DNA of 63,705 nt, filler included, from Thraustochytrium aureum (Eukaryota), in the NCBI GenBank assembly GCA_012862495.1. It is 5 parts of 4 records of this genome, joined end to end, with 100 filler letters (N's around TTAATTAATTAA, not from the genome) between each part and the next. Parts side by side here need not be neighbours in the genome. Positions count along the whole stretch, not along the records: positions 20,015 to 31,337 come from BLSG01000351.1; positions 31,438 to 60,764 come from BLSG01000352.1; 3 more parts are not named here. One strand, 5' to 3'. Shown here piece by piece: positions 22,821 to 34,207 of the stretch. How positions within the stretch are numbered: position 1 is the stretch's first letter; the number at the start of each line of letters is the position of its first letter. The notes beneath the pieces are model-generated. The model saw only the letters and a list, made by a program, of their open reading frames with translations, had not been told where the DNA came from and made no database searches. The position numbers and the translations under genes were made by a program.

Positions 22821-25007
22821 ATGGCTGCGGCTGCGTATGTGGTCCGGGCGAGGGTGGATGGCGAGGACGAGGAGCTTCGAGTGTCGTGCGGCGATGGCCG
22901 GCAGAAGATTGCATGGCTCGCGCTCGCCGTGGCAGACAGGGTGAACGCGAGGCAGGCCCCAGCAGCGCGGCGAACTGGGCCACCGCGCAAGGGAGCGGCG
23001 CCCGCCAAGGGGAGGTTTTTGCCTGTTGATGTTCAAGTGGATGGTGCCTCGGTGTGCCCGACGGCGCGCGTCAAGGACGTGCTTCGCAGCCTCGGCGCGG
23101 GCGAGGCCTCCGCGATTTCGCTCGAGAGCGCGGAGATACCTGTTCCCGCATTCCGTCCGCGCGGCGCAGCACGAGGCCGCGAACCCGCCGGCGAGTACCT
23201 CCAAGCGCAGCGAGGCTACTTCAGGACCGCGCTCGAGCCGCAGCAACCGCGCGAAAACAAACCAGCCACCACCAGAGGCGCAAACCCGCTCCTGCGCGGC
23301 CGCCTTGGCCGACGCACGGCGGGGAGCGTCGTGTTCATTGTCAAACTCGCAACGCGGGTGGAGTGCCGCGCCGACGGCTCGCCCGCAGTCCAACACACGT
23401 TTTGGCGCGACCTCGCCTTTGGCCACAGCGACCAAGCCCGCGACCGCTTGATGGCCATCCGGACCGAGCAGCTCGCGGAGGAGCGGCGCAAACAAGACGA
23501 GCGCGACCGCGCGATCGCCTTGGCCAAGGAGCGCGAGTTTTTGCTCGCCATCGGCAAGCCCAACGCGGCCAGCATCGACGAGGCCGACTTCCATGACGCC
23601 TCGCACGACCTCGGGGAGACGGCTGTCGCCGACTGGGGCGCCCTGCGGCCGGCGCTGGAAAAGCTCACGCAGCACGACCCCCACGAGCTCACAGAGATCC
23701 GAAAAGCCCTCCTCCTTCACTACAGGCTCTTCCGCGACGCCTTTCGCATGTACAGCGGCGTCGGCGCGGACAGCGGCGGGGACATGAGCTTTGCAGAGCT
23801 CATGTACCTTCTGCAAGACTCGGGCGTGTGCGAAAACAAGGACGCCGAGCTCGTGGGGCGCCTCATCTCGCCCGTGGTGGACGACGCTGCGGACTTGCGC
23901 TCTGGGAAGGAGTCGAGCGGCCGCTTCAGCACAGCTATCCGTAACCTGGCCTCCGCGCGGGGTCCGAACAGTTTGCTCAAAGACGAGCGGCGCGCCAGTC
24001 GGATCCTGCTCAGCATCTCTGACCTCAGCCTCGGCCGTCGCGACTTCTTCGAGTGCCTTACTCGCGTGCTCCTCTCCGAGGATCTCTACAAAGTCCACCA
24101 AGCCCGACTAGGCCGCTTTGGCGACGTCGCCGCGCTCACCTTGCAGCATCCAGGCGCGCGGATGCAGGACCTCGTGGAAAGCTCTGTCGTGCCCAGCCTC
24201 GAGCGCAAGACGCAGACACGGGCTGTCAGGGCAGCGCTCGCAGACAAGGCCGTGCTCCACGCTTGCGCAGAGCAGATCCGAGTGCTTCGGCTCATCTTCG
24301 TGACGGCCGCCGCAGACGTTCCCAAAGGCCGCGAGAGGCGAGAGCGCCAAGGCGGCGCCGCACCACGAGACACACTCGCCAAGCCAGACAAAATGGCTGT
24401 GCGCGAGTTTGTCCGGCTCCTCCTTTCAGCCAACATCGCGGTCGCCACTGGCGTCGATATCCACTCACAACTCGCGCGCGACTTGCCGTCGACGCGCACC
24501 GTCGCAGGCAGTCTAGACCTTGGCCAGAGCTTCAAGCGCTGGCCGGGCTCCAAGGCCAAACTCATGGCCTCCATGGGCGACGCCGACACGCATCGCGCAG
24601 CGCCGTTGGCCCCCATTGATTCTGCCTCCAGGGGCTGGCGCGAAAGGAGCGACTCGGCGTCCAGCGGCGGCGACGGCGACTCGATCGGGCTGGTAGCGCC
24701 TGTTGAGGTCTCGCCCTGGGGCGTCAACCCCGACAAGATCACCAGGCTCAGCATCCCCGAAGCGCGCGGCCTGTTCACGGTCTCGCAAGCCGAGAGCGAA
24801 GACGACAACAAGAGCGGTGCCGACTTCAACGAGCTCAACTTCAAAGAGTTTTTGGAGTCCATCGTGCGCGCTTCGCAGATCCTCTTCGCTGCGCATGCTC
24901 CAGGCGCAGTTAGCGACGCCAACAAGCTCAGGTACGTCATCGCGTGCCTCGAGGACGGCGCTGGGGTCGCGGCCGACCCGGACCTGCCAGTCGCAGGCGC
25001 GCCGTAG
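22821..25007 (+). CDS. Hypothetical ~728-aa protein with EF-hand-like segments
   Basis: Long uninterrupted ORF with degenerate EF-hand-like motifs (DMSFAELMYLLQDSGV, LGRRDFFECL, ELNFKEFLESIVRAS). Confidence 0.75.
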   Translation: MAAAAYVVRARVDGEDEELRVSCGDGRQKIAWLALAVADRVNARQAPAARRTGPPRKGAAPAKGRFLPVDVQVDGASVCPTARVKDVLRSLGAGEASAISLESAEIPVPAFRPRGAARGREPAGEYLQAQRGYFRTALEPQQPRENKPATTRGANPLLRGRLGRRTAGSVVFIVKLATRVECRADGSPAVQHTFWRDLAFGHSDQARDRLMAIRTEQLAEERRKQDERDRAIALAKEREFLLAIGKPNAASIDEADFHDASHDLGETAVADWGALRPALEKLTQHDPHELTEIRKALLLHYRLFRDAFRMYSGVGADSGGDMSFAELMYLLQDSGVCENKDAELVGRLISPVVDDAADLRSGKESSGRFSTAIRNLASARGPNSLLKDERRASRILLSISDLSLGRRDFFECLTRVLLSEDLYKVHQARLGRFGDVAALTLQHPGARMQDLVESSVVPSLERKTQTRAVRAALADKAVLHACAEQIRVLRLIFVTAAADVPKGRERRERQGGAAPRDTLAKPDKMAVREFVRLLLSANIAVATGVDIHSQLARDLPSTRTVAGSLDLGQSFKRWPGSKAKLMASMGDADTHRAAPLAPIDSASRGWRERSDSASSGGDGDSIGLVAPVEVSPWGVNPDKITRLSIPEARGLFTVSQAESEDDNKSGADFNELNFKEFLESIVRASQILFAAHAPGAVSDANKLRYVIACLEDGAGVAADPDLPVAGAP

Positions 25008-25112
25008 CGGCTCATGGACAAATAAACCAAATCCTTCTCTTGCTTCTGTTCTGGTTCAAAGATCAAGGGAAAATCAGCCACTTGGTCGCCGCTGCCGCCC
25101 GAACACCGCTGG

Positions 25113-28100
25113 TCAGCCGTCGTTGGAAACGTACGCCGTCTCAAGCAGCCGAATCAGCAGCTCTGGGTTCATCAGCTTGACGCGCAGCGCGTCCATCCAT
25201 AACTGCTCCTCCATGCGGTCAACAAACCGGAGCTTGACAGTCCGCGCGCGGTTCGGCTCGCGCAGCTGCGTCACCAGATAAATCCAGTGCTCGTCGTCCC
25301 TGCCGGGTCGCGGGTCGTCGATCACGTCCTCGGGCACGATCTTGCGGGTCCGGTCCAGCGTCGCCTGGAGCCGCTCTATGTCGTCGGACGAGTCGCCGCG
25401 CACGTAACCAGCGGCGGGAACGACGAGCCGGGTGCGAGAGGGGTCCAACAGCACCGACCCTTTCTCGCGCGTCTTGCTCTTCCGAAAGTGGTACCTGATC
25501 CTCTTCTCCTCCAAGTAGATCCACTTCTTCTTCGGCTTGGCCTGGAAAAACGCCGAAATGTCGCTGTACGACGAGGCGTCCTCGGGCCGCCACGGCACGG
25601 GCGGCGCCCCAGCGCTGCCGCTCGCCAGCCCGCCACTCGGTCCCGCGTTTGTCGCCGCTGCGCCACCGCGCCCGCCGCTTCCAGGCTCAGGACTTGCCAG
25701 GGCCCCACCCAGGACAAGCCCCGACGAGCCGTCCCAGCCGCCACGAGCGGGTGACGAGTCCTCGAGCGCCGCGAGGAGCTGCATCTGTTGGATGTCTTGC
25801 GCGACTCGCGACACCGCGCTGTCCCGCGAGAACGCATGCCGAGCACTCGAGCTTGAGAGCCCGAACGAGGAAAACAGCGAACTCCACTGCGAGCCGTCCT
25901 TGCCCGACTTGCCGCTGCTGGCGCTCTGCACGGCTGACGACCCAAACACAGTTGCCGCGCTAGCGCGCCGCGATGGCGCACTGCCCGCGGACGACCCGTC
26001 CACGGACGCGTCCCGCTCCAGGGTGTGGTCGACGACCACCATCCACACCCAGCAGCCTCTCGTGAGGCCAACCAGAGAGCGGTACACCTTGGCCTTGGCC
26101 CGCATGTGCATTTGGATGGCGTCGTCAAGCTGCAGACGGCTCAGTGCCTTGCGCACCTCTGCGGCGCGGAGGAACCCGGAAAACATTTTCGTCTCGGCGA
26201 AGCGACGGCAAAAAGCTCCGCTCGGGTCCTCTGTCCTCATGCTCTTGCAGAATTGCTCGACGNNNNNNNNNNNNNNNNNNNNNNNNNNNNNNNNNNNNNN
26301 NNNNNNNNNNNNNNNNNNNNNNNNNNNNNNNNNNNNNNNNNNNNNNNNNNNNNNNNNNNNNNNNNNNNNNNNNNNNNNNNNNNNNNNNNNNNNNNNNNNN
26401 NNNNNNNNNNNNNNNNNNNNNNNNNNNNNNNNNNNNNNNNNNNNNNNNNNNNNNNNNNNNNNNNNNNNNNNNNNNNNNNNNNNNNNNNNNNNNNNNNNNN
26501 NNNNNNNNNNNNNNNNNNNNNNNNNNNNNNNNNNNNNNNNNNNNNNNNNNNNNNNNNNNNNNNNNNNNNNNNNNNNNNNNNNNNNNNNNNNNNNNNNNNN
26601 NNNNNNNNNNNNNNNNNNNNNNNNNNNNNNNNNNNNNNNNNNNNNNNNNNNNNNNNNNNNNNNNNNNNNNNNNNNNNNNNNNNNNNNNNNNNNNNNNNNN
26701 NNNNNNNNNNNNNNNNNNNNNNNNNNNNNNNNNNNNNNNNNNNNNNNNNNNNNNNNNNNNNNNNNNNNNNNNNNNNNNNNNNNNNNNNNNNNNNNNNNNN
26801 NNNNNNNNNNNNNNNNNNNNNNNNNNNNNNNNNNNNNNNNNNNNNNNNNNNNNNNNNNNNNNNNNNNNNNNNNNNNNNNNNNNNNNNNNNNNNNNNNNNN
26901 NNNNNNNNNNNNNNNNNNNNNNNNNNNNNNNNNNNNNNNNNNNNNNNNNNNNNNNNNNNNNNNNNNNNNNNNNNNNNNNNNNNNNNNNNNNNNNNNNNNN
27001 NNNNNNNNNNNNNNNNNNNNNNNNNNNNNNNNNNNNNNNNNNNNNNNNNNNNNNNNNNNNNNNNNNNNNNNNNNNNNNNNNNNNNNNNNNNNNNNNNNNN
27101 NNNNNNNNNNNNNNNNNNNNNNNNNNNNNNNNNNNNNACCGTCCTTGCCCCCCTGCGGGGAGGGCGCAGAGTTGTTCATGCGAATCGTGGCCCGGGCGGC
27201 ATACGAGAGCAGGTAGTCGTAGTAAAGCGACGAGCGCACGTGCTCCGGCAGAACGAGCTTGGCGCTGAATGTGTACTGGCGCCAGCACTCGTCGCTGAGC
27301 CAGTTCCACGTTGCCACAAGGTCTGGCGAGCGCGTGATGGCGGCTCCCCGCTGGTGAGCTCTACATCGTGCAGGGCAAGCCGCACGAGGCGCGTGACATG
27401 CTGCAGGATGCGGCAAGTGAGCCCCGCCGCAGTGTGAATACCCGGAACGCGGGTATCTGGAAACGCAAACTCGTCCCCCGAGACCGCTCCTGCCGCTGCT
27501 GCAGCCAGAGTGCTCGCTTGCTCTGTCGCAGCCAGGTCCGCGCTCTCGGAGAGCATCATGAACGTGTTGAGCGCTTGCTCCTCTCCATCCTCGCCGTCGA
27601 GACGCTAGCCTCGGCAAAAGAAAACGAGGCTGCCGCGCTTCCGCCTCCTCCGGTGCCCGACACCAGGTCCTGCGAAGCTTGGAGCGTGGTCGTCAAGTAG
27701 AGCGTATTCAAAAGCTGGCGAGTCTCTTGAAAGTACTTGAATGACGCCACCCCGTTCCCGCGCAAAAGGTGCAGCTCGCCCATGTTGAGCAAGCAACGCA
27801 GCATCAGCGGGGCGTACCCGATGTCCGCGCAGAGGTCGATCGCCATACTCGCCGTCTCCTCGACACGCGCCAGAAGCGCCTCCCGCTCGCTATCGGCCGC
27901 TGACCCTTTCGCGGGCCGGGGCGCCTTGAACAAGACGGCGAGTTCGACTTGCGCCACGCGCGAGAGCGTTTTGGCCTGCCAAAGCGCGTCGTCGATGAGC
28001 TGAAAATACTCGAACGCACACCACAAGGACTGAACGCTCTGCCGCGACCCGGTGCCCGCTTCCGACCCTGTCCTCATCTCCATGAAACCACGCGTTAGGT

Positions 28101-31100
28101 CGTGCGCAAAGGCAGCGGAGGCCCCGCCAATCCCGAAAGGGCCGGGATCGAGCGATGATGTCTCCAAGGTGAGGCCGCACTCGCGGCAGTGCGCCTGGGC
28201 GCCATGGCGCCATTGCGACCGCTCGGCGCCCCCGCCGCCGTCAACCTGCCGCAAAATGGCCGGGCAGTGCTCGAGCTGGAGCACCTTGCCACGGTAGTAA
28301 TACAGGCGGCCAATTTGGCCCAGCGTGAGACCAAGGACTGGCCGCTGCTGGCCGCTAGGCGGGGCCCCGCCGACGCGAGTCGAGATGCCAGAGTCCAGCG
28401 GGTCCTTCGCACCTCGCTGTCGCTCCTCCTCTGGCCCATCGTCGCCTTCAGATTCCTCTTGTGGCGAGGGCGGCGCGCGGCCGCCCCTCGCGTTTGACGC
28501 GAGCGAGGCCGAACCGGGGTCAAGTCCAGCCAAGGTGAGCGTCTCATCGAGCCACAGCAGCGACTCGACAGGAAGCCCCTGGTACAAACAACACCGAGCG
28601 CGAACGACCGCATATGACATGGCCATGTCGCTTCCAGAGGAGCCCAGCTGCCGCAGGAGCTCCCTGATCATGGCGCGCGTTGGACGCGGGCGCGGCGACA
28701 CGATTGCGACCTGGCCGACAGTGCTCGCGAACGCGGGGTCGCACCAGCCGCCCGCTGTGGCTTCGTGCGCGAGCTGGTCCAGAGCGAGCGTACAGTCCGC
28801 GAGCCAGCGCAGCTTTAGGCAGGACTTCGCGAGCAAGAGCAGGACGCTCCAGCGCGAGGCGCTGCTATGGGCGTGGTCGGCCTCAGAGTAAGACGCAGAA
28901 GAGCCCGGGCCGCCGCCTTCTGAGCCTCGCATCACCCGCGCAGCAGGGGAGGCCGGTGAATGCAGGACGCTGGAACCCCCGCCGAGGCTCGCATGCGCAG
29001 AGGCGGCCGCTTCCACGCTCACTCCGGGACTGGCGTTGCCAGGATGCCCCGCGGCCGCCTGGGGAGACCCGTGACCGCTCGAGGCGCCCAACACCTGCGA
29101 CAGAAGGCGCGCGGCATCTTCGGCGCGGTTCGCTGCCAGTAGTACGTGAGCGAGGCGCTGCTGCAGCTTGAAGCGCAGCGACCGGTGGTGCGCATCGGAG
29201 GACGAGGACGGGGTCGCGATGGACGAGACCGACGCAGCAAACGCCGAGGTCGGCGTGGCGGTCGGCACCGGACGGGCGCCACGGTCAGCTCCTGGTTTGG
29301 CGCGCCTGGTTGTGCTAGCGGGCGGCTGACCACGAGCGTGGCTGGCAGCGTTGAAGCGCGGCCATCTGTGCGCGAGGAGAGAAGCGCGCTAATGTCGCCG
29401 ACCGAGGCAGCTCGACGGGTGCCCAGGTACGACAGCGCTAGCTTTAGGTAAGACTCTGCTTGCGCAAAGTCTGCTCGTTGGTCCAGCAGCATCATCGCGA
29501 CCCGCTCGGAGACGTAGACGAACTCGTTCAAGTTGGTGTCCAGCTTTGTAGAATGCAGTATCTCCAGGTGAAACTTGAGCGCGCGGTCCCAATCCATGTG
29601 CTCGACGCAGATGCTGCACAGGCGGCGGAATAGCCATTTAAAGTCCTGCCGCTCCCTGAGTTTGTACGAACGAACGGCGGACTCGTATGCTCCAATCGCA
29701 TACTTGTACTTTGCATTCTCGACGAGGATGTCCCCGTACAGAACCATGGCGTTGGTCGCCAGCTCGCTGAGGAGGGCGCGCCCGGTCCCGCCCGGGACGA
29801 GCTCCTTGGCCTGCTCGAGCACGAAAAGGCATTCAAACAAGAGCTCCTCGGAGCGACCCGCGTCGCGCTCCTCGTCCCAAGCAAACATGGCCAGCACGAA
29901 CGCTGCTTTGGCCTTGAGCACCGAGCTCGCCGGCAGCTGCGGGTACAGCTCGAGCAAGCGCTGCATTCGCCAGTGCGGGTCGACGCTGCAGAGCCGCTCG
30001 CATTCGAGGATCTCGGGCCGCTTGGCCAAATTCCGATGCACGACGCCGATGCACATGCTAATCCCAGACCCGTCTATGCTCTGCGACGACGGCACCCAGC
30101 CGGCCTCGTTCGACATGGCCTCGGCCTTACTGATGATATCCACCACCGCAGCCTCGACTACGTCGTCGCTGGTCATCCAATCCTCGAGTTCCAGCTGGAG
30201 CTGGTCAAGCGCGTCCTGGAGCTTGTTGGTCTCTGTGGTGGTGAGCGGCGACATGCCCGCCAGCACAAGCTGCATGTCGCACAGCGCTTCCGCCTGGATG
30301 TGCGCTGGGTCGGCTTCAACGAATTGGCCCACAGCTCCGCCCGCTGGTGCTTCCTCATTGCCCTGCGCGGCCGCAGCGGCAGACCTCCTCGCTGCCAGCT
30401 CCCCCTCCGAGGAGGTACGCGTTGCAAAACTGGGCGAGCACCGCTTCTGCGAGTTGCGCTTCGTTGGAGAGAAACGGCGTCGCGCTCGAGCGCGGAGGGG
30501 GGAACGCGAACGCCCAATTCCGCTCCGTCTCGTCCCCGTCCCACGACTCGCTCGAGGCCGAGGACTCTCCCGTTGCAGAGCGCAACGGGTTCTCGTCCGT
30601 TGGCGGCTGACCCGATCGCGCGTCCGCGTCCTCCTCGTCAGTGCTCTTCGAGCCACGCCGAGACCGGCCGAAGATGACGTCGCGCGACAGCTTGCGCTTT
30701 CGTCCGTGCGGCTTGTCCGCCTCGACAGGGCCGGGTTGGGGGACGCCTGGCGAGCGCGCGGGCGACTTTGACGCCGAAGATGAGGCGAAAGCCACCGCGG
30801 CTGCAGGGTCAAAGTCGAGAACGCAAGTAGCTAGCTGGTGCGCGGCAGCTTCTGCCTCGGCAAGGAGGAGCCTCGCGCTCACCTGCTGCTTTGCCGCCTT
30901 TGGGACCCGCGCGCGCGCCCACTTGTTGAGTTCACAGACCATGCTGAGGACGCAGCCGGGGACGTCCTCTCGCGCGTGGCCGCGCGCTCGTTCAATGTCC
31001 CCAGCAGCGTGCGCCGTGCCCGTTCGAACCAGCGACATGGTGCCCAAGCGGAAGCACTCCATGATCGAGGCGAAAAAGCAGTCCCACCTGACTGGCTCGG

Positions 31101-31337
31101 CCGATTCGCGCGGCTTCGCGTCTGCTGGCCCGCTCGCGCCAAGGCTCTCGACGAAACGGGCCTTTTCCATGCTAGCAGCGACGTCCGCCAACGGCGCGGG
31201 CTGCGGGCCTGGCGCGCGAGGCGGCTTGCGCGAGAAGAAGCGCCGCTCTGGCACTGGAGGCGTGGGCGGCGGGCTTGGCGGCGCGAAGCGTAGCTGCGGG
31301 TGCGGGGCCTCCGAGGAGGACTTTCGATGCGCAAGCC
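25113..31337 (-). CDS. Very large TPR-like helical protein with dDENN-like motif and C-terminal PH-like domain; 5'-truncated at scaffold end, multiple frameshifts
   Basis: Tiled minus-strand ORFs 30355-31254, 29019-30812, 27556-29268 and 25113-27617. TPR-like helices (YGDILVENAKYKYAIGAYESA; CLLNMGELHLLRGNGVASFKYFQE), FCRRFAETKMFSGFL (dDENN-like), and KKKWIYLEEKRIRYH...EEQLWMDALRVKL (PH-like). Confidence 0.65.
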
Positions 31338-31437
31338 NNNNNNNNNNNNNNNNNNNNNNNNNNNNNNNNNNNNNNNNNNNNTTAATTAATTAANNNNNNN
31401 NNNNNNNNNNNNNNNNNNNNNNNNNNNNNNNNNNNNN
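31338..31437. other. Artificial scaffold linker
   Basis: TTAATTAATTAA at 31382-31393 between 44-N runs. Confidence 0.98.
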
Positions 31438-31438
31438 G

Positions 31439-31570
31439 CCAACTCCGAGCGACTTTTCGCTGCCGCCGAACACGAGCTCGCCTACCGTGTCCACAATCAA
31501 TATCAACAGCGCCGCCAAGTCTGGCGCTTCGCTCATTGTGGCGCTTGCTGCAGCCGTGCTGCTCGCATGA
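31439..31570 (+). CDS. 3' fragment of a probable GPI-anchored surface protein
   Basis: Frame from 31439 reads PTPSDFSLPPNTSSPTVSTININSAAKSGASLIVALAAAVLLA*: a Ser/Thr/Pro stalk, small omega-site residues and a hydrophobic tail. Confidence 0.6.
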   Translation, partial: PTPSDFSLPPNTSSPTVSTININSAAKSGASLIVALAAAVLLA

Positions 31571-31728
31571 TTGGAGCCGAGTTTTGGAGTGTAAAGTACA
31601 AGGAGTACCTTTTCGTTTTCAACCTTCCTATTTCCTTTGCTGTGTTGTCACGTTTGCGTCTTGCCGTTGGCCAAGCAAACTCTGGCGAGAACGCACATGT
31701 TCCCTGCTTGGCATCGCCGGCAAAGCAG

Positions 31729-32706
31729 CTACGACACAGGGTATGCAGGAACCAACACGCGCGCAATCAACGTATTGGCAAGGCCCGTTTCGAACTCGAG
31801 TTTGTCTGACCCAAATCGACACCTGAGCTTGGAGTCGCCAATCATCCTGTGGGGGACGGTGGAGAGGCTCAATCGCAAGACCTGGTTCGAGCCCAGCACC
31901 ACAAACACGTTTTTCAGCAACTTGAATGCTGTCTGAAACTTGCCTGCGGGGCTGTAGCCCGTGATCTCGAGCAGAAGGTCGCCAATGTGTTCGGTGCGGA
32001 ATGGGGTCCCGGAGACATCGGTGAGCGTCACTGGTTGGATTCTGCGCAGGTTGGTGCAGTCCTCGAGCCGAAAATGCACGCTTGCATCACCGACATCGCA
32101 GAGCGCGATGCGCACAAAGTCTCCAGCATAGTTTGCGACACCGACGAATTTGATCTCTTCAACAACTTTGGGGCTTTGGCTAGTCTGCATTCCTGGAACC
32201 CACCGCATCGGCAATGCAGTGGCATCCCCGAACGATTGTGTTGGAATTCTCGACACGAGCTCCTGGTAGGCCCGCATGGCGGAGAAACCAAACCTGGGTG
32301 CGCTCAGGATGGCCCGATACTCGCAACCGTCCTTTGTGGTTGTGTCAACGCGGGCCCTCTCCAAAATCCACCAGAGGACCGGATAGACAAGGCTGGGGAT
32401 GCCCTTTTGCGGCTCGAGGAACCAGGCCGCCAGAGCTTTCTCGTCAACTCTGAGTCTCGCGTCCGCCGCTATCGTACATGCCGTCAGAACCTTGGCCACC
32501 TCCTTGCCTACCTTGTCCCTGAACGCTGGCATGTACATCCAGCCAGGAAACTCGACCTCCACTTTGCTCGCAGCGCGGCGCCACCGTCTTGCCGCCTCCT
32601 TCGGCGCGGTGAGGCGCGTGATTCTCTCTCGCGCGTGCGTCTCGTATGTTATTTCAACACCGTCGTGCTGGACAACCACGTCCTCGTCCATCCTCAGCTG
32701 CGACGA
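31729..32706 (-). mobile_element. Gag/aspartic-protease-like ORF of a divergent Ty1/copia-type retroelement (partial; no integrase or RT follows)
   Basis: IALCDVGDASVHF...VTLTDVSG...HIGDLLLEI...LKNVFVVLGSNQVLRLSLSTV parallels the copia protease consensus (LDSGAS.H...GIG.V.L...LKNVLYVP...NLLSV). Confidence 0.5.
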
Positions 32707-34207
32707 NNNNNNNNNNNNNNNNNNNNNNNNNNNNNNNNNNNNNNNNNNNNNNNNNNNNNNNNNNNNNNNNNNNNNNNNNNNNNNNNNNNNNNNNNNNNNN
32801 NNNNNNNNNNNNNNNNNNNNNNNNNNNNNNNNNNNNNNNNNNNNNNNNNNNNNNNNNNNNNNNNNNNNNNNNNNNNNNNNNNNNNNNNNNNNNNNNNNNN
32901 NNNNNNNNNNNNNNNNNNNNNNNNNNNNNNNNNNNNNNNNNNNNNNNNNNNNNNNNNNNNNNNNNNNNNNNNNNNNNNNNNNNNNNNNNNNNNNNNNNNN
33001 NNNNNNNNNNNNNNNNNNNNNNNNNNNNNNNNNNNNNNNNNNNNNNNNNNNNNNNNNNNNNNNNNNNNNNNNNNNNNNNNNNNNNNNNNNNNNNNNNNNN
33101 NNNNNNNNNNNNNNNNNNNNNNNNNNNNNNNNNNNNNNNNNNNNNNNNNNNNNNNNNNNNNNNNNNNNNNNNNNNNNNNNNNNNNNNNNNNNNNNNNNNN
33201 NNNNNNNNNNNNNNNNNNNNNNNNNNNNNNNNNNNNNNNNNNNNNNNNNNNNNNNNNNNNNNNNNNNNNNNNNNNNNNNNNNNNNNNNNNNNNNNNNNNN
33301 NNNNNNNNNNNNNNNNNNNNNNNNNNNNNNNNNNNNNNNNNNNNNNNNNNNNNNNNNNNNNNNNNNNNNNNNNNNNNNNNNNNNNNNNNNNNNNNNNNNN
33401 NNNNNNNNNNNNNNNNNNNNNNNNNNNNNNNNNNNNNNNNNNNNNNNNNNNNNNNNNNNNNNNNNNNNNNNNNNNNNNNNNNNNNNNNNNNNNNNNNNNN
33501 NNNNNNNNNNNNNNNNNNNNNNNNNNNNNNNNNNNNNNNNNNNNNNNNNNNNNNNNGTCATGATCAATCAACTGGATGGCGCGGCCAACGAGCCACGGTC
33601 CCAACCTGGACAGGGCTGCGCGCAGTTTCACGGGCGGGTGCATGTGCACACAGAGCGCGCGCCCAACTTGTCCAAGAAAGCTCCCGCGCATCCTTGTGGG
33701 TGGTGCATCAGCAGCAGCGTGCGGCATTCATTCATGCTCGCTCGAGTCAAGTCTGACTCTTCAATCCCTGCGGCATCATGGTGTCCTTGATTGATAGAAA
33801 TCATCAGAGTTGACGAAGGCCGGCCGCTCTGGAAAAGCGAATTGGACAAATGGCGCGGCGTCCCACGCACTGGCAGCTCGATCAAGAGCCTGAGAGATCA
33901 AGAACGCGCCGCGCAATGTGGAGGCGCTTGCTAGCTAGAGTATCGTTTGGGCAAAGCCCAACTGGGAACGAAAAAGGGCTGGAGGTTCACGCGATTTGGA
34001 AAGCACGCGATTTGTCTCCGCGTGTCGGTCGAACGAGCTCGTCCTTTCCCGCTTCATCATTTTCAAGCAGAATGAATGATGGGTGCCGTGCCGCACCCGG
34101 GCCGGCCTGTGCGGTTTGACCAATCAACCCCACGCAGAGCAGACCCGCAACGAAAGCAGGCAAGGACCACAAAGAAAAAAGGAGAGAAGATACGAAGGCT
34201 TACTACA

